A stretch of 62,338 nt of DNA, the filler included. It is 4 parts of 4 records of this genome, joined end to end, with 100 filler letters (N's around TTAATTAATTAA, not from the genome) between each part and the next. Parts side by side here need not be neighbours in the genome. Positions count along the whole stretch, not along the records: positions 37,812 to 52,554 come from SRR31156797_8112; positions 52,655 to 62,338 come from SRR31156797_8136; 2 more parts are not named here. The stretch is one strand, 5' to 3'. Made by a program: the position numbers and the translations under genes. The notes under the pieces were generated by a model. That model was not told the origin of the DNA and ran no database searches. It was given only the letters and a program-made list of their open reading frames with translations. Numbering within the stretch: position 1 is the first letter of the stretch; every line of letters starts with the position of its first letter. Shown here one piece after another: positions 44,211 to 53,935 of the stretch.

Positions 44211-47200
44211 ATGATTAGATTCATTGCAATACTTACTATACTATTTTCATCATTTGGAACAATTACTCATGCCCAAATCAATGAAACTTTTTCAGACATG
44301 AATTTCACTGCCAATCCTGAATGGACAGGTGATATTGATAAATTTGAAGTTGTAAACCCACCAAACTCAGGAGATGGAAGTATTGATATTTCCTGGTCGC
44401 CGGACGGCCATTTACTGCGATCAATCCCTGATAGTGCAAGTGCTGTTTTAACCACAGCATCTGATCGGACAAATGGCGAGTGGTTATTTTCAATCGCTGA
44501 TGGACGTGGATGGGCTGTTTCGGGCTCAAATGATTTTTATGTAATCATAATGAGCGATACAAACGATCCAAATTTATTAAAAGATGACACGAAAGACTTT
44601 AATGGGTATTTTTTGCGTTTCGATGGTTCCAATAGCGATAACTTCACATTCAACAAACAGACAGGAACAACAACAACTATATTGATTGATGCAGCATTCC
44701 CTGATGGAAATGATGGGACTACCTCAAAAACTTACAGTGTAAAAATCACCAGAGATACAGACGGAAACTGGGAACTATTAATTGATGAAGGACTCTACCT
44801 GGAAGCATCCACAAGCAGAGGCTCCGCAACAGATAATGAAATTACATCATCTTCTTATTTTGGAATTGTAACCAATATTGCTAATCCCGGAGCTGCCCGT
44901 ACGGCTTATATTGACAATATTATCACGCGAAATCCTTACACTGACACTTATTCGCCATACATAACTGATTTTAAAATAAATGGTAACAAGAACATACATC
45001 TAACATTTGATGAGATAATAGATTCACTTACTGCACACAATCCTCTAAACTATAGCATACAAGGTATTGGAAATGCAGCAGATGCAGTTTACTATTTTGA
45101 AAACAATACTGAAATTCAATTATCATTTACCGATGAATTCAATCCGGGTGGGTCATACAATATATTCATCAACGGTGTTGAAGATATTAATGGTAATACA
45201 ATGGATACAAGCATACAGTTTTCTGTTCCCGAAATTTTGGGGCAAAATATTGCAGAATCTTTTACCGATTTAGACCTTACAAACAACCTTACCTGGACAG
45301 GAGAACTATCTGATTTTGAAATTATTGATCCACCAACAGAAGGTGATGGAAGCTTCAGCGAAAACTATGAAAATGATGGTGCACTCCTGCGAAGTAAAGT
45401 CAACACAGAATCGCGTTGTATCACCACTGAATTAATTCGTAACTATGGACAATGGAATTTCACCGTCGCTGATGGAAGTGGATGGAGCATATCCGGTTCA
45501 AACGATTATTATATCATTCTAACATCAAACACCTCTGAAACATCTCTACTTAAACCAGACAATCCTAATTTTTATGGATATTTTCTCCGATATGATGGTG
45601 GTTCTGACGATAGTTTTGTGCTTTATAAACAAAAAGGAACAGAATCAATCCCTATTATTGAAACCAATTATCCGGAAGGAACCGATGGCTCCACAAGCAT
45701 TCCATATACAGTAAAAATTACCCGCGATACATTGGAAGGTTGGTTCCTTTACATAGACGAAGGCGCTTACGAAGATGCTGTAACCTTACGAGGGACTTCT
45801 TCAGATGATGAGATTCAAACAGGAAATTATTTTGGAATAGTAACCAATATTAATACCCCATCAGAAACTCGCGTTGTTTATTTGGATGATATTTATGCAG
45901 GGGAAATAATCTTCGATACTATCCCACCAATTACGGAGCGAATTGAGGTGCTCAATAGCAACCAGTTAAGCATTGAATTCTCGGAGCCAATAGATACTGA
46001 CTTATTGTCAATTTCAAATTTCTCAACCATAAGTAACGGCAATCCTTCTGAATTTGATGTGCAAGATGCCGGCAAACAAATACAACTAACATTTGCTACA
46101 GATTTCCCACTAAGAGAATCTGAAACCCTAAACATTACAGGAATTGCAGATATCGAAGGTAATTCAATGAACGATACAGCTATTCAATTTGTATATTTCA
46201 CTCCATTGGAAGGTGACATTGTGATAAACGAAGTATTTTTTGACAATACCCCGATTATTGCATTACCTGAATATGACTATCTTGAATTATACAACCGATC
46301 AGGTTTTGATATCAATCTCGAAAACTGGGCAATAGAAATTGGAGATGATACCCGATATTTTCCTAAATACACCCTGGAAGCTGATGAATACCTTATTGTA
46401 ACCTCATCATCTGCAGTTGAATTTTACGAATTATACGGTAATTGCTTGGGAGTAATTACAACATCACTTCTCACAAACAATGGTAAACTTATAACGCTGA
46501 AAGACAGCACCGGACAGTCAGTTCATCAAATAAACTATAACCAAAGTTGGTATAATGATCCTGAAAAGGAAGATGGCGGCTGGAGTATCGAACAAATAGA
46601 TCCGGACACATATTGTGCACAAGCTAACAACTGGCGAGCATCAGAAAGTAGTTTAGGAGGCACGCCGGGGATTATTAATTCTGTAAACGCAATAAATCCG
46701 GATACAATAGCTCCATTTATCAGAGAAATGACTGTTATTTCTGAAAAAGAAATCATACTAACGATTTCTGAAACTTTGCCGAATGAATCAATTAATTCTG
46801 GTAATATCATCATCAACCCCAATGTTGAAATAGACTCTCTTATATTAGATGAAAATAACTTTAAAAAATGGCATATATATTTGGCCGATTCATTACATGA
46901 AAGAACATTAATTCAGGTAATTGTTACAGAAATATCTGATTATTGCGGAAATACAAATGTGGCTGATACCACATCCACTTACCTCGTCCCCTCCTTTTTC
47001 CAGCAAGTAATTTTCACCGAAATAATGGCTGAGCCTGCCGATGAGCAGCGCATCCAATATGAATTTCTGGAACTTTACAACCACGATTCGCTGCCTGTAA
47101 GCTTTGAAAACTGGATACTTAAAATTGGCAGCAGAGAGATTACTTTACCAGAAGGAACTATTGAAGCCAAAAGCTATTTTCTAATTATGCCTGAGTTTAT

Positions 47201-48620
47201 GTCAGCATTCCCCGGAGCTCCTGCAAATGCTATCTATATTTTCGATGAATCAGACCTGACAGATGGAGGAACCATGCTGCAGCTTATTGATGATAAAAAC
47301 AACCTGGTTACCTGGGTGGATTATGATGAAGATTGGCATACTAATCCTCTTTCTGACCTGGGCGGTTTCTCACTAGAACGCATTGACAACAATCATTTTT
47401 GCGACAATAACAATAATTGGGTAACCAGCACAGCAACCATAGGCGGGACACCCGGAGAAGTAAACACCGTAGCAGCTGAAAATCCTGATTTAACCATTCC
47501 AATGGCTAGACATATTTTAATTCCGGAAGATACCAGTCTGATTATCAGATTTGATCAGCCACTTTCACCCAATACTTCTCAAGGAATAATAACAACTGCA
47601 CTCCAGTTTAATTCAATTTATATTCCTCATCCAAAAGGAGAAGATTTGGTTTTAAAACTAAAAGAACCACTGGAAGAAAACGCTTTGTACAACATATCTG
47701 TCAGCAATTTCACTGATTGCAATTTGAATGCTATGGAAACCCGGGAATTTTCATTCAAAAAACCAGTTGCAGCTGAGCCAGACGACATGATTATCAATGA
47801 AATTCTATTTAATCCACCAACTAATTGTAATGATTTTGTGGAGGTATTGAATTTAACTAATAATTACATCGCATTAAATAGACTTTATTCAGCAAACCTT
47901 GATGACACAGGCATCCCAAATGATATTAATGAAGTGACGACCGATGCATATATACTACCACCCAACGAGTTTTACATTTTTACCGAATCAATTGAATGTC
48001 TTGAAGAGGCATACGGGAATGTGGATGCGTTGAAAAACATCATAACCAACCTTCCTTCCATGTCTGATGATGAAGGAAGTATTCTGTTCATGAACTACTC
48101 AGGTGAAATAATAGACCAGGTTCAATATACTGACGATATGCATCACAGCCTGCTGGATGATGCTGATGGAGTTTCATTGGAAAGGATTTCCCCGCTCAGT
48201 CCATCAGACAACCCATCTAATTGGTACTCAGCAGCAGCTGATGTTGGATTTGCCACCCCAACAAGAGAAAACAGCCAGTACAACAATGGTGAAATTACAG
48301 AAAGCAACATTTCGCTCGAAAAAGAAACCCTAAGCCCTGATGGCGATGGATTTGAGGATTACCTACGTATCAATTATCGATTTAAAACCGGCGGAAATGT
48401 ACTAACCATTAAAATTCTTGATCACAATGGAAGATTAGTTCGCAACCTGATTAACAACGAAACTGTTTCCACAGAAGGATTTGTAACATGGGATGGCACA
48501 GATGACAGCCAACACAAAGTACCTGTAGGCATTTACATCCTTTACAGCGAATGGTTTGATGAAAATGGTAATCAAAAATATGATAAACAAACATGTGTAG
48601 TAGCTGGGAATTTAAAATAG
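44211..48620 (+). CDS. Large secreted lamin-tail-domain protein with Ig-like domains and T9SS type-B (CHU_C-like) C-terminus
   Basis: Signal peptide; duplicated N-domain; three LTDs (IVINEVFFD/IFTEIMAEP/IINEILFNP...ELYN...G.S.E.I....NW..S...GTPG..N); C-terminal SPDGDGFED...WDG...GIY. Confidence 0.85.
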   Translation: MIRFIAILTILFSSFGTITHAQINETFSDMNFTANPEWTGDIDKFEVVNPPNSGDGSIDISWSPDGHLLRSIPDSASAVLTTASDRTNGEWLFSIADGRGWAVSGSNDFYVIIMSDTNDPNLLKDDTKDFNGYFLRFDGSNSDNFTFNKQTGTTTTILIDAAFPDGNDGTTSKTYSVKITRDTDGNWELLIDEGLYLEASTSRGSATDNEITSSSYFGIVTNIANPGAARTAYIDNIITRNPYTDTYSPYITDFKINGNKNIHLTFDEIIDSLTAHNPLNYSIQGIGNAADAVYYFENNTEIQLSFTDEFNPGGSYNIFINGVEDINGNTMDTSIQFSVPEILGQNIAESFTDLDLTNNLTWTGELSDFEIIDPPTEGDGSFSENYENDGALLRSKVNTESRCITTELIRNYGQWNFTVADGSGWSISGSNDYYIILTSNTSETSLLKPDNPNFYGYFLRYDGGSDDSFVLYKQKGTESIPIIETNYPEGTDGSTSIPYTVKITRDTLEGWFLYIDEGAYEDAVTLRGTSSDDEIQTGNYFGIVTNINTPSETRVVYLDDIYAGEIIFDTIPPITERIEVLNSNQLSIEFSEPIDTDLLSISNFSTISNGNPSEFDVQDAGKQIQLTFATDFPLRESETLNITGIADIEGNSMNDTAIQFVYFTPLEGDIVINEVFFDNTPIIALPEYDYLELYNRSGFDINLENWAIEIGDDTRYFPKYTLEADEYLIVTSSSAVEFYELYGNCLGVITTSLLTNNGKLITLKDSTGQSVHQINYNQSWYNDPEKEDGGWSIEQIDPDTYCAQANNWRASESSLGGTPGIINSVNAINPDTIAPFIREMTVISEKEIILTISETLPNESINSGNIIINPNVEIDSLILDENNFKKWHIYLADSLHERTLIQVIVTEISDYCGNTNVADTTSTYLVPSFFQQVIFTEIMAEPADEQRIQYEFLELYNHDSLPVSFENWILKIGSREITLPEGTIEAKSYFLIMPEFMSAFPGAPANAIYIFDESDLTDGGTMLQLIDDKNNLVTWVDYDEDWHTNPLSDLGGFSLERIDNNHFCDNNNNWVTSTATIGGTPGEVNTVAAENPDLTIPMARHILIPEDTSLIIRFDQPLSPNTSQGIITTALQFNSIYIPHPKGEDLVLKLKEPLEENALYNISVSNFTDCNLNAMETREFSFKKPVAAEPDDMIINEILFNPPTNCNDFVEVLNLTNNYIALNRLYSANLDDTGIPNDINEVTTDAYILPPNEFYIFTESIECLEEAYGNVDALKNIITNLPSMSDDEGSILFMNYSGEIIDQVQYTDDMHHSLLDDADGVSLERISPLSPSDNPSNWYSAAADVGFATPTRENSQYNNGEITESNISLEKETLSPDGDGFEDYLRINYRFKTGGNVLTIKILDHNGRLVRNLINNETVSTEGFVTWDGTDDSQHKVPVGIYILYSEWFDENGNQKYDKQTCVVAGNLK

Positions 48621-48637
48621 ATTAATTTTGGAAGACA

Positions 48638-50482
48638 ATGCTAAAGAAACTATTTATATCGTGTACTCTATTCTTCATTGTAGCTCAAGGATATTCACAA
48701 GTGTTGAGTGATTCTTTATACAATCAAATAAAGCATCTTCCCGATTCAGCTAAAGTAGACAAGCTAAATTCAATAGTTTGGTCATACAGAAGAGATAAAA
48801 TTGGAGATGCAATAATTATTGGTAGATATTCGCTTAACCTTGCCGAACAAATAGGATATGAAAAAGGAGTGGCTCAAGCTTTAAATTTTATTGGTGTTTT
48901 CTATCGAAAGATTGATGATTTCCGAACTGCTTCTGATTATTTCTTCAAAGTTCTTAACTATAGCGACAGCCTTAATCTTGAAATTGAAAAAGGTTACGCA
49001 CTAAATAATATCGGACAGGTATTGCAACTTCAGAATGATAATAAAGAAGCTCTTACTTACCTCAACAAATCTTTACAATTACAAACAAAAAACAAATACA
49101 AACAAGGTATTGCTTATGCACACCTTCGGTTAAGTGAAACTTATTATAATCTTCAACAATACGATTCTGTGCTTTTTCACGCACAATTAGCTAGTAAACT
49201 TTTTTCTGAAATAGATTTCAAAGAGCATACTTTATTAGCTCTGGAACGTTCAGGTCTTGCATACGAAGGTTTAAAGCAATTCAGCAAAGCGGTTGGTATT
49301 TATCTTCATGTAATTAACTCTAATGAACTATCTGATCCAAACTTATTAAAAGCCTACCAGGATTTAACCCAAACATATATTAAATACAACAAACCCGACA
49401 GTGCAATATATTATGCTAGAAAAGGACTAAAGATTAAGGAGACAGATTTAGATTTATTATCAAATATCATACTTGCCTACAATAAACTAGGCAATAAAGA
49501 CAGTACAATTCATTACGCCACTAAAACCTTAGGAATCCAGAAAGATTTGGCTATTGAAGAAAGATTCCGTTACACAAAATTCTTACAAATAGCATATGAA
49601 ACACAAGAAAAGCATGATGAGAACATTAAACTAAAATACCAACTGCAAATAACTAAACTAATCATATTCTCTTCTATAGTAGTAATATTATTAATCTCCA
49701 TATTGTTTAGAATAATTTACAATCGACGTAAGCGCGAGAAGCAACTTAACATCAAACTTCAAAACAATAATATTGAGCTAAATAAATTGAATGCATCAAA
49801 AGATAAATTTTTCTCCATTTTAGCACACGACCTTAGAAATCCATTCAATACCCTTCTTGGTTTCAGTGATTTACTTTATACTGAAATTGATGACCTTGAA
49901 CCGGAAGAAATAAAGGATTTTGCCAAAAGAATGAACGATTTAGCTAATCAAACCTATGATCTACTGACGAATTTACTTGATTGGTCACGGATTCAATCGG
50001 GAAAATTAGTTTCTAATCCTTCCGAATTAAGTATTCAAGAACTACTTGACGAGTCTGAAATACTGCTAAGACCAATGGCCGAGCAAAAAGAAATAGATTT
50101 TATTATAAGGAATAACACTGATGGATTTCTATTTGCCGATAAAGAAATGCTGAAAACTATTTTGAGAAATTTGGTAACAAACGCATTCAAATTCACACAT
50201 TCAGGCGGAACAGTTATTATCGAAACTGAAGAGCAAACTAATAACATGTTATTTTCTGTAACCGACACGGGAGTTGGTATTGACACTAAACAAAAAGCAA
50301 ATCTTTTTACCCTTGAAAAAAGTATCTCAACACATGGAACCGCCCAAGAAAAAGGAACTGGCCTTGGTTTAATCCTTTGTAAAGAATTTGTAGATATGCA
50401 TAATGGAAGAATTTGGGTAGAAAGCGATCTAAATAAAGGCAGCATCTTTAGATTCACAATTCCGAAGCAAATAAATAGTTAA
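48638..50482 (+). CDS. TPR-containing sensor histidine kinase
   Basis: Periplasmic TPRs, TM helix, H-box ILAHDLRNP, N-box NLVTNAFKF, DTGVG, GTGLGL. Confidence 0.93.
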   Translation: MLKKLFISCTLFFIVAQGYSQVLSDSLYNQIKHLPDSAKVDKLNSIVWSYRRDKIGDAIIIGRYSLNLAEQIGYEKGVAQALNFIGVFYRKIDDFRTASDYFFKVLNYSDSLNLEIEKGYALNNIGQVLQLQNDNKEALTYLNKSLQLQTKNKYKQGIAYAHLRLSETYYNLQQYDSVLFHAQLASKLFSEIDFKEHTLLALERSGLAYEGLKQFSKAVGIYLHVINSNELSDPNLLKAYQDLTQTYIKYNKPDSAIYYARKGLKIKETDLDLLSNIILAYNKLGNKDSTIHYATKTLGIQKDLAIEERFRYTKFLQIAYETQEKHDENIKLKYQLQITKLIIFSSIVVILLISILFRIIYNRRKREKQLNIKLQNNNIELNKLNASKDKFFSILAHDLRNPFNTLLGFSDLLYTEIDDLEPEEIKDFAKRMNDLANQTYDLLTNLLDWSRIQSGKLVSNPSELSIQELLDESEILLRPMAEQKEIDFIIRNNTDGFLFADKEMLKTILRNLVTNAFKFTHSGGTVIIETEEQTNNMLFSVTDTGVGIDTKQKANLFTLEKSISTHGTAQEKGTGLGLILCKEFVDMHNGRIWVESDLNKGSIFRFTIPKQINS

Positions 50483-50511
50483 AAAAGAAAATCAAACTAC
50501 TCATAATTCGT

Positions 50512-51444
50512 TTATTTTCTAGACATTACTTCCATATGTTTTTTAAGCGAAACAAAATTTATCCAGTAAAGATTTCCAGTTGTATCTCCTCCTCTGTGAA
50601 AAAATAAAAATTTACCGTCGGGTGATACGGATGCACACATTTCTGTTTGATCGGTATTTACTTTTTGCCCCATATTTACAGCTTTTGTCCAGAGGCCATT
50701 CCTGTTAAAACTGATATACAAATCACTCCCTCCAAATCCTGCATCACTTTTGCCATCATAAATAATATAACTTTCATCAGGTGCTATGTACGGATGGGCA
50801 ATGTATTTTCCGGAAAAGTTTACCACTTCTCCCATCCTGGTAATATTTTCATACCTTTCGTTTTCGTATTTCGAGTAATAAATAGCCCAATCTTCTGGCT
50901 TATCACCTTTTTCACCTGTGGTAAAATACAAATTCCCGTTGCTGGCAGAGGTCAAATACATTATTACAGACTTATCTATAAAAGGCTTTCCCAAAGGAAC
51001 CGGATCCGACCAACCGTTATCGCTTTTTTCACAATACCACTGATACAAACCTGTTGATTTTGTGGAATCAATTAACGGCCTGATACTTCCGAAATAAAGT
51101 CGCTTGCCTGTTGGATCAATGTGAGGTTCAAAATCCCATCCTTCTTCTGCCTTGAAGAATGCCGATTGAGGGCTTGACCATTTACCATCAATAAAACGCA
51201 TGGTATAAATCTCATTGCTCTTTTCAGGCTCTCTTCTCGTAAAGAATATTTCGTCCATCTCAGGACTTAAAGTGATGGCAAACTCAAATGCATTGGTTGA
51301 AACAATTCCTTTTCCAAAAACCAAAGCAGAATCAGTTGGAATTTGTTTATTCAATGCGTAAAGATTAGAATCCTCACTAACTTCACAAGAAAAAAGAAAA
51401 GCTATTACAAAAGCCAAAAAGGCTACATTTTTAATCAATTTCAT
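50512..51444 (-). CDS. PD40/TolB-like beta-propeller lipoprotein
   Basis: Lipobox LFSC; SPEMDEIFFTR, PHIDPTGKRLYF, PYIAPDESYII, GGSDLYIS, SVSPDGKFLFF. Confidence 0.8.
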   Translation of the reverse strand: MKLIKNVAFLAFVIAFLFSCEVSEDSNLYALNKQIPTDSALVFGKGIVSTNAFEFAITLSPEMDEIFFTRREPEKSNEIYTMRFIDGKWSSPQSAFFKAEEGWDFEPHIDPTGKRLYFGSIRPLIDSTKSTGLYQWYCEKSDNGWSDPVPLGKPFIDKSVIMYLTSASNGNLYFTTGEKGDKPEDWAIYYSKYENERYENITRMGEVVNFSGKYIAHPYIAPDESYIIYDGKSDAGFGGSDLYISFNRNGLWTKAVNMGQKVNTDQTEMCASVSPDGKFLFFHRGGDTTGNLYWINFVSLKKHMEVMSRK

Positions 51445-51515
51445 ATTATTAAATTATTTCTTTAGACAAGACGATCAAAAGACAGGAATAAAACAACAAA
51501 CATCAAAAACTTCAC

Positions 51516-51902
51516 TCAACTAAGAGATAAAATCTGCAACGCAATAATAATTGCAAAAAAGATGAATTGAGGAATGGTGATCTTAAAAATTTCTTTGTGG
51601 GCAACAATGGTAATTACCAAACTCGTAAGAAAATTGATTAGCACAATTCCTACCGGGAAATAAATAGCCAAGCCCGATAATTGAATTATATTGAGCGAAA
51701 TCAACAACTGAACAATCCCAACCGCCAATAGTAACATTCCACCTTGAAATATCATTATTCGCAATGAGCCAATCATAACCGGATCACCAGTTACCTTTTT
51801 AAGTTCCGGTATCTGTTTCTTTTCGCCATAAATATTGTGTGCAATACTTATTAAAATGATTAAAATTCCTGCTGTAAGTCCCATATTTAATATATTACTC
51901 AT
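51516..51902 (-). CDS. Small 4-TM membrane protein
   Basis: Four hydrophobic helices with H..YGE after TM1; overlaps the upstream gene by 8 nt. Confidence 0.65.
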   Translation of the reverse strand: MSNILNMGLTAGILIILISIAHNIYGEKKQIPELKKVTGDPVMIGSLRIMIFQGGMLLLAVGIVQLLISLNIIQLSGLAIYFPVGIVLINFLTSLVITIVAHKEIFKITIPQFIFFAIIIALQILSLS

Positions 51903-52554
51903 CCAGAATCATACTCGCTATTTGTAAATTAATTTGATTTGGACGCATTGCCCAATTTAATGCACCATTTGTTAATAAGATTACAGTAACGTTTTGCTTT
52001 GTTTCCTCATTCCAATAGTGCATCAACGAAGAAATACCTGCACCTCCATGTCCAACCATTCTATAATTATCCTGGAGCCTGTATGATTCCCAACCTAATC
52101 CAAACTGACCTTCTTCGCCATTATTTAATGCTACCGGAGTCCAAATATCTTCTATCTGAGTTTTATTTAAAATTTGTGCATCAACTATTGCCTGAAACCA
52201 GACTATCAAATCATGAATATTAATATTAAGTCCAGCTGCGGCATACATTGGAGATGAATAATTTAAAGGAAACATTTCCAATTTCCCCCCCACATTATGA
52301 TAGCAAGTTACTCTCTTGGGGATTACATTTTTAAATCCACCATATATAGCTGATTTTAATTTAAGCTTATCAAAATACTGTTCTTGCATGTATGTTTCAA
52401 AATCCTGATCTGCTAATTTTTCCACAATCATGCGAATCAATAAATATCCTGTAGCATTATATTTTGATTCAGATCCCGGCTTTGAACTAAAAGGTTTATC
52501 TTTCAGGGCATCAACAACTTGACCTTCACTTTCCGGAGCCAAATAAATTTGATA
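51895..52554 (-). CDS. Serine hydrolase / beta-lactamase-family protein, 5'-truncated by the contig end
   Basis: PG...KYNATGY.L, AAAGL, FGLGW, GHGG, VILLTN. The SxxK region is missing because of the gap. Confidence 0.8.
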   Translation of the reverse strand, partial: YQIYLAPESEGQVVDALKDKPFSSKPGSESKYNATGYLLIRMIVEKLADQDFETYMQEQYFDKLKLKSAIYGGFKNVIPKRVTCYHNVGGKLEMFPLNYSSPMYAAAGLNINIHDLIVWFQAIVDAQILNKTQIEDIWTPVALNNGEEGQFGLGWESYRLQDNYRMVGHGGAGISSLMHYWNEETKQNVTVILLTNGALNWAMRPNQINLQIASMILDE

Positions 52555-52654
52555 NNNNNNNNNNNNNNNNNNNNNNNNNNNNNNNNNNNNNNNNNNNNTT
52601 AATTAATTAANNNNNNNNNNNNNNNNNNNNNNNNNNNNNNNNNNNNNNNNNNNN
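52555..52654. other. Artificial contig-joining spacer
   Basis: N44-TTAATTAATTAA-N44. Confidence 0.98.
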
Positions 52655-53496
52655 AACATCCATTTTTGAAAATGCAAACCACTTTTTACCTAAATCCTTA
52701 AATGAAGCACCTACATGGTAGAGCTCTTGTCTGTCAATGATTAAAAAGCGATCATGAAAATTTCCAAGTATTTTAATGTTAACTTGTTCGTATTGTTGAT
52801 TGTATTTTTCAACATCTAATTTAAACTGATTGGTCAATTTACGCGTATAAATTGTAGCTATAACACCTTTTTTTCTTTTCGAAAGCATAGTTAAAACACT
52901 CTCATCCAAATAATTATCAATTAAAATAATTTCATTATTTGCTGAACGAATTAACTTTAAAATAAAAGAATATGCATCATACAATTGACCATCAAAGAAT
53001 ACACCCTGTTCCGGATTTGGTGCTTTCTCTTCAATTGCATTAAAAATTTTAGTTAAATCTTCATCATGTTTGGATAATTTTAATTCAAACTGATCTAATC
53101 TTTGTAAAATACCACTATGTGAAAAAAGCAACTTTCTCATTTCAACAAAAGCATCAATTATTTGGATGCTTACTTCAATAGCAGTCTTGCTTTTCAAAAC
53201 GGCTGATAACATCGAAACTCCTTGTTCTGTAAAAGCATACGGGGGCGTCGCAAACCCATTTTATCCTCATTGGACCTCACAATTTGTGATTTCCATTTTT
53301 CAAATTCCTCAGTTGTAAGTTGAAATCGAAATTTTTCAGGGAAACGACTCTCGTTTCTTTTAACTGCTTGATTTAAGATTCGGGTTTCAACATTATACAT
53401 TTTTGCTAAATCCCTATCAAGCATCACTTGAAATCCACGAATAGAATAAATACGGTTTTTAACCTCTTGTTGAGTTAATACTAACTTCTATTTCAT
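52655..53496 (-). pseudogene. ORF6N-domain DNA-binding protein with PLD-like C-domain; nonsense codon plus frameshift; 3' end at the contig edge
   Basis: ATG 53496, TAG at codon 3, then KNRIYSIRGFQVMLDRDLA..Y.VET..LNQAVKRN..RFP..F.FQLT. A 1-nt shortfall in the C5 run (G5 at 53241-53245 on +) separates GLRRP from YAFTEQGVSMLSAVL. C-terminal FHDRFLIID...GASFKDLGKK. Confidence 0.85.
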
Positions 53497-53627
53497 ATAA
53501 GGGCAAATAATAAGTTGTTTTTCCAGAACAAAAATATTCATTTTTCGCAACCATCAGTATTTATTTATGATTTTACTATAATTCATACGATATGATAATA
53601 TTCTATTACATATTTCCATATGAACGT

Positions 53628-53879
53628 GTTGCATGAAATAATGAAAATTTTGAGATAAAACACAATCGCCTCGTTGCGTGAAAGAAAATTATATTTGAAA
53701 TATAATTTCGCCGATGGATAGAATTCGTTTTCAAATGTTTTCCATCGCAGCGATTAATCGAAATTGAATCGCATTTGCTACCAACATGTCATCCCTATGG
53801 GATTTTATTAAAAACAATTCCCTCATAACGATCTTTGCGGCATCTTTGCGACCCGATCGCTATCGGGTTTGCGTGAAAC
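53628..53879. repeat. Mosaic of short palindromic/REP-like remnants
   Basis: TTGC(G/A)TGAAA x3; CGATGGA...TCCATCG; ATCCC-TAT-GGGAT; ATCTTTGCG x2; ACCCGAT-CGCT-ATCGGGT. Confidence 0.55.
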
Positions 53880-53912
53880 AAAAAAATCCCAAACAGAAAA
53901 TTCCATTTGGGA
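53877..53912 (-). terminator. Probable terminator of the acyl-CoA/etf operon
   Basis: TCCCAAA...TTTGGGA stem preceded by an A-run on +, about 25 nt past the etfA stop. Confidence 0.5.
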
Positions 53913-53935
53913 CTAATTTGTTATTTCAATATTGT

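Noticed and set aside
52607-52654. C-terminal X-run of the ORF 52607..53212
   Set aside because: Translation through the spacer; the true stop is not in the contig.
53194-53427. Programmed frameshift joining the two ORF6N halves
   Set aside because: There is no canonical slippery heptamer, and a second lesion (TAG at codon 3) makes decay or error more parsimonious.
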